64,000 nt of DNA from Dehalococcoidales bacterium (GTDB taxonomy: Bacteria; Chloroflexota; Dehalococcoidia; Dehalococcoidales; RBG-16-60-22). Position numbers and translations under genes: made by a program. Shown here one piece after another: positions 19,273-29,271 of this stretch. Numbering within the stretch: position 1 is the stretch's first letter; each line of letters begins with the position of its first letter. Location of the stretch: the NCBI GenBank assembly GCA_034414775.1, contig DAOULX010000008.1, positions 659 to 64,658 of the forward strand, read 5' to 3'. Under the pieces are notes generated by a model. The model searched no databases and was not told the origin of the DNA. It saw only the letters and a program-made list of their open reading frames with translations.

Positions 19273-20256
19273 ATGAAAAGGATAAAAGTAGTATTCAGAG
19301 GCAGCTTTGAGCCTGAGGTTTGGGATATGTTCATCAAAGAGGCTCCACAAAATATAGAGGCTTTAATGATAAACCCAAAAGATACAACCGAAGAGGCTAT
19401 CGCCAAGCTAATGGTGGACACTGATTTTCTGATATGCTATAGAGGATGTGGCCGCATCCCAAAGGAGACTATTCAGGGAGCAAAAACTCTCAAGCTAATC
19501 CACCAACTTGGACAGGGTACCAACCATATACCGGTAAAAGCTGCGGCGGAAATGGGGATCCCTGTCACCAATATTGGCGGTGCCAGTGCGACGTCTGTTG
19601 CGGAGTATGCCGTGCTACTGATGCTGGCGGTCTTAAGATATCTGCCAATGCGCATCGCAGCTATTCATGGCGAAAAGCAAGATGTCAACCTCACCAGCAG
19701 ATATTCATATCAGCTATACCAGAAAACGGTTGGACTCGTGGGTTTTGGCAATATCGGGCGTTGGACTGCCAGGCTGCTACGCGGCTTTGATGCAAAGGTA
19801 ATCTTCCACGATAATTATGAGATTCCAAAATCAATTGCTGACGAACTCCAGGCTGCCCAGGTGAGTCTGGATGAACTGCTTTCAAGTGCTGATGTTGTTA
19901 GCCTGCACGTGCCACTGCGCGAGAGCACTCAAGGAATGATAGGTTGGGAGCAGCTGAACAAGATGAAGCCTTCAGCTGTTCTGATAAATACTGCCCGGGG
20001 AGCGGTAGTAGATGAAGAATCGCTTATCGGCGCTCTACAACAGAATATTATCGCCGGTGCAGGGTTGGACGTACTCACAAATGAACCGCCAAGCCCCGAT
20101 AATCCGCTATTGCATATGCAAAACGTAATCGTTACCCCGCATTCCGCAGCATCAAGAATCTGGGAAGATATCTCACCCTTAGTCAAACTCAGCTGGGAGA
20201 ATGTTTCGCTGGTGTTGGACGGTAAAAAACCACATAACATTGTGACTCCAGAGTAG
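19273..20256 (+). CDS. D-isomer-specific 2-hydroxyacid dehydrogenase (NAD-binding)
   Basis: It contains GLVGFGNIGRWTARLL (GxGxxG), RESTQGMI, NTARGAVVDE and TPHSAA. AAGGAGAG precedes the ATG. Confidence 0.85.
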   Translation: MKRIKVVFRGSFEPEVWDMFIKEAPQNIEALMINPKDTTEEAIAKLMVDTDFLICYRGCGRIPKETIQGAKTLKLIHQLGQGTNHIPVKAAAEMGIPVTNIGGASATSVAEYAVLLMLAVLRYLPMRIAAIHGEKQDVNLTSRYSYQLYQKTVGLVGFGNIGRWTARLLRGFDAKVIFHDNYEIPKSIADELQAAQVSLDELLSSADVVSLHVPLRESTQGMIGWEQLNKMKPSAVLINTARGAVVDEESLIGALQQNIIAGAGLDVLTNEPPSPDNPLLHMQNVIVTPHSAASRIWEDISPLVKLSWENVSLVLDGKKPHNIVTPE

Positions 20257-20339
20257 CGATTAGCAACGGATTGTACTCAATTATCAGTTAACACAAGACA
20301 ATAAATATTGGAAAACCGTATTTATAAGGAGGTTCGATT

Positions 20340-22022
20340 GTGGCTTTGAAGCGGGGCAGTGAAGCGCTGATGGAAATTATGCAAAACGAAGGAGTTGAGT
20401 ATGTCTTCGGTATCCCAGGTGTAACCGAAATAATGTTCATGAGTGCTCTCGAAAAGCACCCTGAGATAAAGTATATCCTAGGTCTTCAAGAAGTTATTTG
20501 TGCCGGTATGGCGGAAGGCTACGCCAGGATGTCTGGTAAACCGGGATTCCTTAATCTACATACCGCCCCCGGTTTGTCAGCCGCGATGCCCATATTAATT
20601 AATGCCCATATGGGCAACGTACCATTGATAGTAACTGCAGGGCAACAAGATACCCGTCTGCTGCTAAAAGACCCTCACCTGACCGGTGACCTGGTCGGAA
20701 TGGCAAAATCATTCTCCAAATGGCAGACCGAAGTCTTAAGAACTGAGGACATACCTCTTGCCATGGAGCGTGCCTTTAAAATGGCAATGCAACCTCCAAG
20801 CGGACCAGTCTTCTTATCCTTGCCGCATGATGTTATGTGCAATGAGATGGATTTTGAATATACTCCGCGTAAACCGCTCTTGAACGAGCTACGACCAGAC
20901 CGAAATGCTATCACCCAGGCGGTGAATTTACTTGCCAATGCAAAACCTAACAAAACCATAGCAATGTTCGTCGAGAGCGGTATAGCTAGGAACGATGCTT
21001 TATCAGAGGCAGTCCATTTCGCCGAATTGACAGGGGCGCGTGTATACCAGCCGTGGATGTCTGATATTAACTTCCCTATCCAGCACCCACAGTACATCGG
21101 TGGCATACAACTCTCCAGCCCCGAAACCAGAGACATGTTCCAATCAGTTGATGTACTGGTGATAATAGGATGCCCGTCATTATATAATTTACCTTACTTT
21201 GAATTTAGATCAATTTTACCCAAAGATATTAAAATATTACAGCTAGATGATAATCCCTGGGAAATTGCCAAAAACTTCCCAATAACGGTTGGTATCCAGG
21301 GTCATATAAAGGCATCCCTCAGGGAACTGATTGATAATCTGGAAGAGAAGATGACAACTGAGGCCAAACAAGCGGTAAAAAGCAGGATAAATGATATATC
21401 TGTACAGAAACAAGCCGTTTCAGAAGCTTTTCGTAAGCAAGACGAGGCAGAAAAGGATAACATCCCCATTTCCGTTTCATGGTTAATGAGAGAATTAAAC
21501 CGTGTTATTACACGTGATACCGTAATCGTGGATGATTGCTGGTCATCATCACGAACCCTACAGCGTGTACTGGATATTACCGATGTTAAAGGTTTTATCC
21601 GTTCTCGCCGGGGAGGGAGTATAGGATGGGGATTGCCAGGTGCTATCGGCGCCAAATTGGGTGCACCTAATCGGCCTGTAGTAGCTGTGTGCGGAGACGG
21701 CAGTGCCATGTGGTCAATCCAAGCTTTATGGACAGCAGCACACTGCAAAATACCAGTTACTTTTCTCATAATATCCAATGCAAATTACCGACAAGCCAAG
21801 CTTATGTGGAAAGTGTTCTTAGGTGGAGATTTAACTGAGAAGCGTATTGGCATGGATCTGGACGATCCCGTAATCAACTTCTGCAAGTTAGCTGAAGCAA
21901 TGGGTGTCTATGGAGAGAAGGTGCAACACCCAGATAACTTGGGACAGGTGTTGACAGATGCCATCGATTCCAATGCACCACGTCTGATTGAAGCGATTGT
22001 AGAAAACAAAAACACTCCTTGA
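20340..22022 (+). CDS. thiamine-diphosphate-dependent enzyme (acetolactate synthase / benzoylformate decarboxylase-like)
   Basis: GTG start 7 nt after AAGGAGG. It has an N-terminal Pyr domain (GVEYVFGIPG) and the C-terminal ThDP motif GDGSAMWSIQALWTAAHCKIPVTFLIISNANY. Confidence 0.85.
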   Translation: MALKRGSEALMEIMQNEGVEYVFGIPGVTEIMFMSALEKHPEIKYILGLQEVICAGMAEGYARMSGKPGFLNLHTAPGLSAAMPILINAHMGNVPLIVTAGQQDTRLLLKDPHLTGDLVGMAKSFSKWQTEVLRTEDIPLAMERAFKMAMQPPSGPVFLSLPHDVMCNEMDFEYTPRKPLLNELRPDRNAITQAVNLLANAKPNKTIAMFVESGIARNDALSEAVHFAELTGARVYQPWMSDINFPIQHPQYIGGIQLSSPETRDMFQSVDVLVIIGCPSLYNLPYFEFRSILPKDIKILQLDDNPWEIAKNFPITVGIQGHIKASLRELIDNLEEKMTTEAKQAVKSRINDISVQKQAVSEAFRKQDEAEKDNIPISVSWLMRELNRVITRDTVIVDDCWSSSRTLQRVLDITDVKGFIRSRRGGSIGWGLPGAIGAKLGAPNRPVVAVCGDGSAMWSIQALWTAAHCKIPVTFLIISNANYRQAKLMWKVFLGGDLTEKRIGMDLDDPVINFCKLAEAMGVYGEKVQHPDNLGQVLTDAIDSNAPRLIEAIVENKNTP

Positions 22023-22330
22023 CATTATATGCTCCCCGGTAACTGGGTAAAAGTAGAGTGATTTTTAAGTAATCGAAGAAAGCATTAGCTTCATGAAATG
22101 TTGCTCGTGAACATTAAATTTGTGTGATTCGTAGACATCGTTTCAAGAGGTCTTGGAGCTACCATCAAAAAAATGTGGAAATATTCAACGGCAGCGAGTA
22201 CCATATTAGGTAGCCCAAAAAACAGCCGAAGGAGGTACTTGCCGCCGCCATGGGATAGTACAAACTTTCAATACATGCTGATAGCAACAACTCCAGATCG
22301 CAAGAATATATATTGGATAAGGAGAAGTAG

Positions 22331-24937
22331 ATGGGTAAGACCGAAAACAGCCGAGAAAATACCGTTATCAGGTCTTTAGCCCTCGGAGGTGGTTTAGGTG
22401 GCGGCGGGCCATGTGCGGTGGACGTTAAAGACGGTAAAATAATCAGGATCAAACCCTTGCACTATGACTGGAAATATAAAAAAGAAGAACTAAATCCTTG
22501 GAAAATTACCAGGAATGGCCAAACCTTTGAACCTCTTATGAAAACGGTAGTGGCTCCTTTCTCACTGGCATACAAAAAGCGAGTCTATTCTCCCAATAGA
22601 ATTAAATATCCCTTAAAGAGGAAAGACTGGGACCCTAATGGGAAAAGAAATCCTCAGAACCGGGGCAAGACCAAGTATCAGAGAATCTCCTGGGACGAGG
22701 CTGCTCAAGTAATAGCGGATGAAATAAAAAGAGTTAAGGCAACATATGGTCCACTGGCAATCTTGTTGCAGGGGGATGGGCACGGGGAATGCAAGACCAT
22801 CCATGCATCTCACGGATGCCCTGCGATTCTCTTAGATAAAATGGGAGGCTTTACCCAGCAGATAAGAAACCCGGACAGTTGGGAAGGCTGGTATTGGGGC
22901 TCCAAGCATGTGTGGGGACAGGGCTGGGTGGGCATGATGAGGCCCTCGACTAATCTGGTCAAGGACATCACCGAGAACTGCGAATTGGTCCTCTGTTGGG
23001 GCTGTGATCCGGAAACCACCTCTTGGGGATTTACCGGCCAGTTTGCCAGCCGGCTAAGCTACTTCTGGAAGGATGTTGGCATAAATCAAGTCTATATTTG
23101 CCCTGACCTTAATTATGGAGCGGCGGTTCATGCGGATAAGTGGATCCCTATTCTTCCAAATACCGACGCCGCCTTACAGTTAGCTATTATATATCAATGG
23201 ATAAAGAAAGATACTTACGATAAGCAGTATGTGGACACTCATACCGTGGGATTTGACAAGGTTAAAGCTTATGTAATGGGGGAAGAAGATGGTATAGCCA
23301 AGTCCCCAGAGTGGGCCTCCAAGAAATGTGGCGTTCCTGAATGGACTATCAAAGCTCTGGCAAAGGAGTTTGCCTCAAGGATCACCTCCATTGTCCATTA
23401 TTTTGGCGGCTCCATGGTTAGAGGGGCTTACTCACACGAGCCAGCTAGGCTGGAAGCTATCTTACTGGGCATGCAGGGGCTGGGGAAACCCGGTGTCCAT
23501 CAGTTCCAGATAGGTTATGTAGGAATGCCCAGAAGTAAAGCCGCCATAGACTCATCATTTTTTAATGTTAATGTGAGTGAAAGTATTAAAAGGCCACAAG
23601 CAGTCACCCTAGAATTGAGTGAAAAGCAAGGTATTCCCAAAACCCTTATACATAAAGCTATTCTTAATCCCCCACTTAATTTTTGGGGCAGTGGTGCCAT
23701 AAATGCTACCTATGAGGACCAATTTAAGAAGTACACCTATCCCATCCCTAAAGATCAGGGTGGTACGGAGATCCATATGATCTGGACGGACTCTCCTTGC
23801 CGGACCACCTGCTGGAACTGCGGCAACGAGATCGTCGAATCTTATCGTAGTCCCAAGATAGAATGTATGATAGCCCAGCATCCCTGGTTGGAAAATGACT
23901 GCCTATATGCTGATATAATCCTGCCGGTCAGTACCACCTTGGAGGTGGAAGATATTGTAATTAATCTCAGGCAGGGAGTACAGTTCCAGAGCATCGTGCT
24001 GCAGAAACAAGCTATCCAACCAATAGGAGAATCGCGGAGCGATTTGGAAGCAGTTTATGAGATAGCCAAAAAACTGGGCAATTATGATGAGATCAACGAT
24101 AGTAAGAGCTCTGAAGAATTAGAGAAATCGGTCTTCGATTATATGGGAGCGCAGAAGTTCATTAACTGGGAAGAGTTCAAAGAAAAGGGCTACCTCCCCT
24201 TCCCGATTGCTGAAGATTGGGAAAAAGATCCAGCGGGTTTAATAAAATTCTATGAGGATCCGGTAATGAACCCTCTGACTACTCCCTCGGGTAAGCTGGA
24301 GTTCTATTCCGAAAGACTAGCTAAATATTTCCCCCATGATCAAGAGAGACCGCCGATTCCTAAGTGGATAGAAAAGAGTGAAATGCATGATGAAAGACTC
24401 TCCAGCAAACGGGCGCAAGTATATCCCCTGCTTCTGATGTCCAACCACGGAAGATGGAGAGTACATGCCCAATGCGACGACATACCGTGGACAAGAGAAA
24501 TTCCGACTTGCAAGGTAAAGGGATGGGATGGTTATCTATACGAGCCTGTTTGGATACATCCTAAAGATGCAGAAAAAAGAGGCATAAAAGATGGAGATAT
24601 TGTTAAAGTATTAAATGAGCGTGGTATTGTTCTTGGGGGAGCGCGTGTCTGGGAAAGAATAATGCCCGGTGTAACCTATGTCGACCATGGCGCGAGAGTA
24701 GACTACATCATTCCAGGAAAACTTGATCGGGGAGGGGCAATCAACACCATCGCTCCAGATGGAATTACTTCTAAATATTGTGGTGGGCAGGCCACCAGCG
24801 GTTACCTGGTGGAAGTCGAAAAGTTGACTCTCTCGCAACTTGAAGGTTGGAAGAATCAATACCCGGATGCTTTTGTCAGGGGATACGATTCATCATGCGG
24901 ATTACTTTTTGAATCCTGGGTAACTGAAGAAAGTTGA
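22331..24937 (+). CDS. molybdopterin (bis-MGD) enzyme without Fe-S cluster motif, pyrogallol-phloroglucinol transhydroxylase large-subunit-like
   Basis: 868 aa with no N-terminal Cys cluster and no twin-arginine motif. It has DMSO-reductase-family architecture. The strings VKDGKIIRIKP, YPLKRKDWDPNGKRNPQNRG and NPDSWEGWYWGSKHVWGQGW match my recollection of AthL. This needs checking. Confidence 0.75.
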   Translation: MGKTENSRENTVIRSLALGGGLGGGGPCAVDVKDGKIIRIKPLHYDWKYKKEELNPWKITRNGQTFEPLMKTVVAPFSLAYKKRVYSPNRIKYPLKRKDWDPNGKRNPQNRGKTKYQRISWDEAAQVIADEIKRVKATYGPLAILLQGDGHGECKTIHASHGCPAILLDKMGGFTQQIRNPDSWEGWYWGSKHVWGQGWVGMMRPSTNLVKDITENCELVLCWGCDPETTSWGFTGQFASRLSYFWKDVGINQVYICPDLNYGAAVHADKWIPILPNTDAALQLAIIYQWIKKDTYDKQYVDTHTVGFDKVKAYVMGEEDGIAKSPEWASKKCGVPEWTIKALAKEFASRITSIVHYFGGSMVRGAYSHEPARLEAILLGMQGLGKPGVHQFQIGYVGMPRSKAAIDSSFFNVNVSESIKRPQAVTLELSEKQGIPKTLIHKAILNPPLNFWGSGAINATYEDQFKKYTYPIPKDQGGTEIHMIWTDSPCRTTCWNCGNEIVESYRSPKIECMIAQHPWLENDCLYADIILPVSTTLEVEDIVINLRQGVQFQSIVLQKQAIQPIGESRSDLEAVYEIAKKLGNYDEINDSKSSEELEKSVFDYMGAQKFINWEEFKEKGYLPFPIAEDWEKDPAGLIKFYEDPVMNPLTTPSGKLEFYSERLAKYFPHDQERPPIPKWIEKSEMHDERLSSKRAQVYPLLLMSNHGRWRVHAQCDDIPWTREIPTCKVKGWDGYLYEPVWIHPKDAEKRGIKDGDIVKVLNERGIVLGGARVWERIMPGVTYVDHGARVDYIIPGKLDRGGAINTIAPDGITSKYCGGQATSGYLVEVEKLTLSQLEGWKNQYPDAFVRGYDSSCGLLFESWVTEES

Positions 24938-24996
24938 AAAGGTGCATATAAGGCCTCAGCCTTTGATGAAATAATGAATACGGGGGATTATAAAGA

Positions 24997-27411
24997 TTGA
25001 GCAGTATTAATTCAGCAGTAGACGGGGAGAGGATAATAAGAACTGCTTGTCATCTCTGTCACGGTGGTTGTATCTTACTGGCCCATGTTAAAGAGGGGAG
25101 ACTTATTAAATTAACAGGTGACCCCGAGGGGCCATTAAACAGAGGCGGTATGTGCGAAAAAGCATTTTCTGCCGTTGACTATGTATATAGCCCCTATCGC
25201 CTCAAACATCCTATGAAAAGGGTTGGAGAAAGGGGTGAAGGGAAATGGCAAAGAATCTCTTGGGATGAAGCTCTTGACACCATAGCTGGAAAATTGCAGG
25301 TCATAAAAGACAAATATGGAGGAGAGAGTATTGCATATGCTACTGGCACCGGTAGAGTAGCCGTCGAAACGCCGCAAGAGTTTTTTAGTGCTGTATTGGG
25401 TACACCGAATTGTATAGGTATTGGTCACATGTGCCTTAGTACCACCAGAAGACCCGTTGTTTATTCAACTCTAGGAACAGTACCCGGAAATATGGATAAA
25501 GGTATTTGCCGTGATTTTGAACGAGCTCAGTGTATCGTAGTTTGGGGAGATTCAATTATCGACTCGCGTGGTGATTATATGGGGCTCGCAGGGAAAAGGA
25601 TTTCTTCAGCACTCAATCGAGGAGCAAAGCTGATAGTCATAGACCCGGTATTAACAAAGGTGGCAGCGAAGTCCCATCTATGGCTGCAAGTCAGGCCTGG
25701 AACTGATATCGCTCTTGCATTGTCATGGATACATATAATTATAAATGAAAACCTATATGATATGGATTTTGTAATAAACTGGACCAATGCACCTTTTCTC
25801 GTCAGGTCTGATACGGGAAAGCTGCTAAGGGAAAAGGACATTTTACCCGATGCGTCACCTGATAATTTTGTTGTTTGGAATGCTGATGATAATACCTACC
25901 ATATATGGAACTCCGATATGCTCTCCTACGACTCGCACATTGCACAACCTGCTTTGACCGGAAGTTACTCAGTCAGCTTGGCAAACGATAGAATAATTGA
26001 ATGTAAGCCAGTCTGGCAAGTCATCAAAGATAATGTTAGAGAATGGACGCCGGAAAGGGCAGCCGAGATAACATGGATTCCCCCTGAAAAAATTGTAGAA
26101 TCTGCCATGATGTATGCCAAGATTAAGCCCGCATGTCTTGAATGGGGGCTTGGGACCTCTCAATGCACACGGTCAACAGCTACAAATCAGGCAATTTTAC
26201 ATCTTAAAGCAATTACTGGAAACCTTGATATTCCTGGAGGTAACCCTTTCTGGATTAATCCAGGAGTACTGGGAAGACCTGTCTTCTCCGCTTATCCCCC
26301 TGGGCAAGAAAAAAAGCGTATAAATGGCGGTTTCCCTTTTAATTGTTATGAAATATTGCCTGTCTTTGCTACCCATGCACCTACAGCGTGGAGGGCTGTT
26401 TTAACAGAGGAACCCTATCCAATCAAAGCGCTAGTCGGCCATAGCAGCAATCCATTATTAGGACATGAAAATCCAGGCAATTATATCCTCGAAGCATTGA
26501 AAAAGTTAGAGTTCATTGTATGGATAGATATTACGATGACGCCATCAAATGAGTGGGCAGACATTGTCTTACCCGCATCAACACCTTTGGAAAGGGACTG
26601 GATATCTGAATTTGACAGGGGCGTCTTTGCCGGCAAGGCCGTAATTCAACCACAGTGGGAAAGCAGATCTGACCTTGAAATTTATAGGGATTTATGTCAA
26701 AAGATGGGGCGTGAGGATGCATGGCCATGGAAGACTGATCGAGAGTGGTGTGACTATAGGTTAAAAGGTGCAGGAATAACTTTTGATGAGTTGACTGAAA
26801 CTTGTTTCAAACCTGCACTGGATGTTTGGAAAAAATATGAAAAGGGCTTGATACGTAAGGATGGTAGACCAGGATTTCAGACAAATTCAGGGAAAGTTGA
26901 ACTATATTCATCTCTTTTTGAGAAAGCAGGCATTCAACCTCTACCGCATTTTAGTTATCCGCCTGAAAGTTACGAAACCACGCCCGATTTAGCAAAAGAA
27001 TACCCATTAATATTAATTACTGGAGCTCGGGAATTAAATTATCCATTCTTTCAGACACAATACCAGATTTTACCCCGTTTGCGTAAAATGCAGCCTTATC
27101 CTTTGGTGCTTATTCACCCGGATACGGCACGTTCCTTGGAAATAAAAGACAATGATTGGGTATGGATAGAGACAAAAAAAGGCAAAGCCAAATTCAGAAC
27201 TCAAGTTACAGAAAGAATACATCCAAAGGTAGTTTCCGCCTCACATGACTGGTGGAATCCAGAATTTCCCGGTCCTGATCACGGGGCATTTGAGTCAAAT
27301 GTGAACCTCCTTGTTGACCCCGTCAGCTTTACTGACCCAGCTTCAGGTACAACAGAACTTAGAGGACTATTATGCAGGGTATATAAGTTCGAAGCAATCG
27401 CTGAAACTTAA
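24997..27411 (+). CDS. molybdopterin/tungstopterin (bis-MGD) enzyme with N-terminal [4Fe-4S] motif, acetylene-hydratase-like clade
   Basis: TTG start after GGGGGA. It has the Cys motif CHLCHGGC...C(EKA) and a candidate metal-ligand Cys in GIGHMCLST. The C-terminal GKVELYSSLFEKAGIQPLPHFSYPPES..LAKEYPLILITGARE resembles acetylene hydratase as I recall it. Confidence 0.75.
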   Translation: MSSINSAVDGERIIRTACHLCHGGCILLAHVKEGRLIKLTGDPEGPLNRGGMCEKAFSAVDYVYSPYRLKHPMKRVGERGEGKWQRISWDEALDTIAGKLQVIKDKYGGESIAYATGTGRVAVETPQEFFSAVLGTPNCIGIGHMCLSTTRRPVVYSTLGTVPGNMDKGICRDFERAQCIVVWGDSIIDSRGDYMGLAGKRISSALNRGAKLIVIDPVLTKVAAKSHLWLQVRPGTDIALALSWIHIIINENLYDMDFVINWTNAPFLVRSDTGKLLREKDILPDASPDNFVVWNADDNTYHIWNSDMLSYDSHIAQPALTGSYSVSLANDRIIECKPVWQVIKDNVREWTPERAAEITWIPPEKIVESAMMYAKIKPACLEWGLGTSQCTRSTATNQAILHLKAITGNLDIPGGNPFWINPGVLGRPVFSAYPPGQEKKRINGGFPFNCYEILPVFATHAPTAWRAVLTEEPYPIKALVGHSSNPLLGHENPGNYILEALKKLEFIVWIDITMTPSNEWADIVLPASTPLERDWISEFDRGVFAGKAVIQPQWESRSDLEIYRDLCQKMGREDAWPWKTDREWCDYRLKGAGITFDELTETCFKPALDVWKKYEKGLIRKDGRPGFQTNSGKVELYSSLFEKAGIQPLPHFSYPPESYETTPDLAKEYPLILITGARELNYPFFQTQYQILPRLRKMQPYPLVLIHPDTARSLEIKDNDWVWIETKKGKAKFRTQVTERIHPKVVSASHDWWNPEFPGPDHGAFESNVNLLVDPVSFTDPASGTTELRGLLCRVYKFEAIAET

Positions 27412-27698
27412 TGTAGAAACCAGATAAAATTCATAAGCGTTTTTTTTTACTGATCATGCTGATGAAACTGCATCAGAAACTACTTTTCCATTTATATCAT
27501 CCTAATTCTTTCTATCATATACTTTATTGGTGATTAGCACGCATCCTCGATACTCAGTAGCACTCGGTATAGCTGTGGACTGCTTGTGCCATTGGCCCCA
27601 AATACATCTAGACTTCCCTTCGCTCACTAGCTTCTCGCAATTGAACATACCTCAACTATATTCGACCAAATCAGAACGATACCCGAATGGCGGTTAAT

Positions 27699-27772
27699 TT
27701 GACATTATCTCTGCTATATGTTATATAGTAACTTAATAATGGGAATATAATTCCTCTTGTCGGAATATTAGG
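27699..27772 (+). promoter_or_regulatory. sigma70-like promoter plus palindromic candidate operator upstream of the UbiD gene
   Basis: TTGACA(27699-27704)-17 nt-TATATA(27722-27727) is followed by GGGAATATAATTCC..CGGAATATTAGG (27741-27772), which has GGAAT/ATTCC arms. Confidence 0.35.
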
Positions 27773-27810
27773 TATATTATACATATAAAAATAAGAGAGG
27801 AGGTAACTTT

Positions 27811-29271
27811 ATGCCTGGCAGAGACTTAAGGAGCTGGATAGTCCAATTGGAAGCTGAGGGTGAGTTTAAGAAAGTAACCGCACCAGTAGATTGGAACGAA
27901 GAAATATCCCAAATTATCCGGAAAGTATATGCCCAAAATGGTCCAGCTCTTCTATTTGATAATATCAGGGATTACCATAATACTCGGGGCCGAAGACTAT
28001 TTGTCAACGGTTTGGGAACAACAGGTCGTGTAAATATGATGCTCAATCTACCGAAGGATACTCCTATTCCAAAGCTGATAAAGACGATCAGAGATAGAAT
28101 GAAGTCACCAATAAAACCTGTGACGGTTAGCACCGGACCGGTCAAAGAAAATATTGTCAAAGGTGACGATATTGACCTTTTTCAATTCCCGGTGCCCAAA
28201 TGGCATGCGCATGATGCTGCGCGTTATATTAATACTTTCTATTCGGCAGTGACCAAGGATCCGGATACCGGCCAGTTAAATTGTGGTATCTATCGAGGTG
28301 GGATACTCAGTAAGAACAAGATAAGCAACCTATTGATACCCATGAAAGATTGGGGCGCTACTTATTCTAAGTACCAGCTTATAAAAAAACCAATGCCAGT
28401 AGCATTCGTCTATGGCTGGGATCCGGCTCTACTAGCAATTTCGGGAGTTCCATGTATCGGGCCCGAGTATGACCTGGCAGGAGCATTAAGGCAAGCTCCA
28501 GTGGAATTGGTTAAATGCGAATCCTCAGATATAGAGGTCCCTGCTTCAGCAGAAATAGTGGTTGAAGGCACTATTTCTCCGGATCCCCAAAGCTACGAAG
28601 TCGAAGGGCCATTCGGTGAGGCTTCCGGGTACTATGGTGTGGCTAGAACAAGACCGGTGGTAGAAGTTAGTTGCATCACGCACAGAAATGATCCCATTTT
28701 CCGAGGGGGTTATGTCGGTACTGAGAGTACTGTTACAGATGAACTCAAGACCATGGTGGGTAACACCATGTCAGCCGGTGTTTGGAGTATATTGGATACG
28801 CAAGAAATTCCGGGTATACTTGACGTCCAAACAGGGCACATAACAGCAATCAAGATTCACAAAACCTACCAAGGCCAGCCCAGGCAGATAAGCGCGGCTT
28901 TATGGGGATCCAAGTTTGCGGGTCAAGCTAACAGCAAGATAATCATGGTGGTTGAAGAAGATGTGGATATTCATAATCCCATGGATCTTCAGAAAGCCCT
29001 ACATGATAAACTAGATATTAAAGGAGGTCTAGTCTCATATCCCTTATACATCGGATCACCAGCGGACCCAAGTATTCCCTATGAGATGAGAAATGAGCTA
29101 AAATATGGGGCTGCCATGCAAGAAAAGCTGCTAATTGACGCTACGACCGATTGGGAAATTCACCCCATTCGCTCTGAGTGGGGTGGTAGCAGATTCCCCC
29201 CCAAGGCTATTGAAGCTTCAAGAGAAATAGAGGAATTGGTAGATAGAAGGTGGAAAGAATATAATATATAG
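27811..29271 (+). CDS. UbiD-family (prFMN-dependent) decarboxylase
   Basis: GAGGAGG precedes the ATG. The N-terminal RDLRSWIVQLEAEGEFKKVTAPVDWNEEISQI..GPALLFDNI is typical of UbiD. 486 aa. Confidence 0.85.
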   Translation: MPGRDLRSWIVQLEAEGEFKKVTAPVDWNEEISQIIRKVYAQNGPALLFDNIRDYHNTRGRRLFVNGLGTTGRVNMMLNLPKDTPIPKLIKTIRDRMKSPIKPVTVSTGPVKENIVKGDDIDLFQFPVPKWHAHDAARYINTFYSAVTKDPDTGQLNCGIYRGGILSKNKISNLLIPMKDWGATYSKYQLIKKPMPVAFVYGWDPALLAISGVPCIGPEYDLAGALRQAPVELVKCESSDIEVPASAEIVVEGTISPDPQSYEVEGPFGEASGYYGVARTRPVVEVSCITHRNDPIFRGGYVGTESTVTDELKTMVGNTMSAGVWSILDTQEIPGILDVQTGHITAIKIHKTYQGQPRQISAALWGSKFAGQANSKIIMVVEEDVDIHNPMDLQKALHDKLDIKGGLVSYPLYIGSPADPSIPYEMRNELKYGAAMQEKLLIDATTDWEIHPIRSEWGGSRFPPKAIEASREIEELVDRRWKEYNI

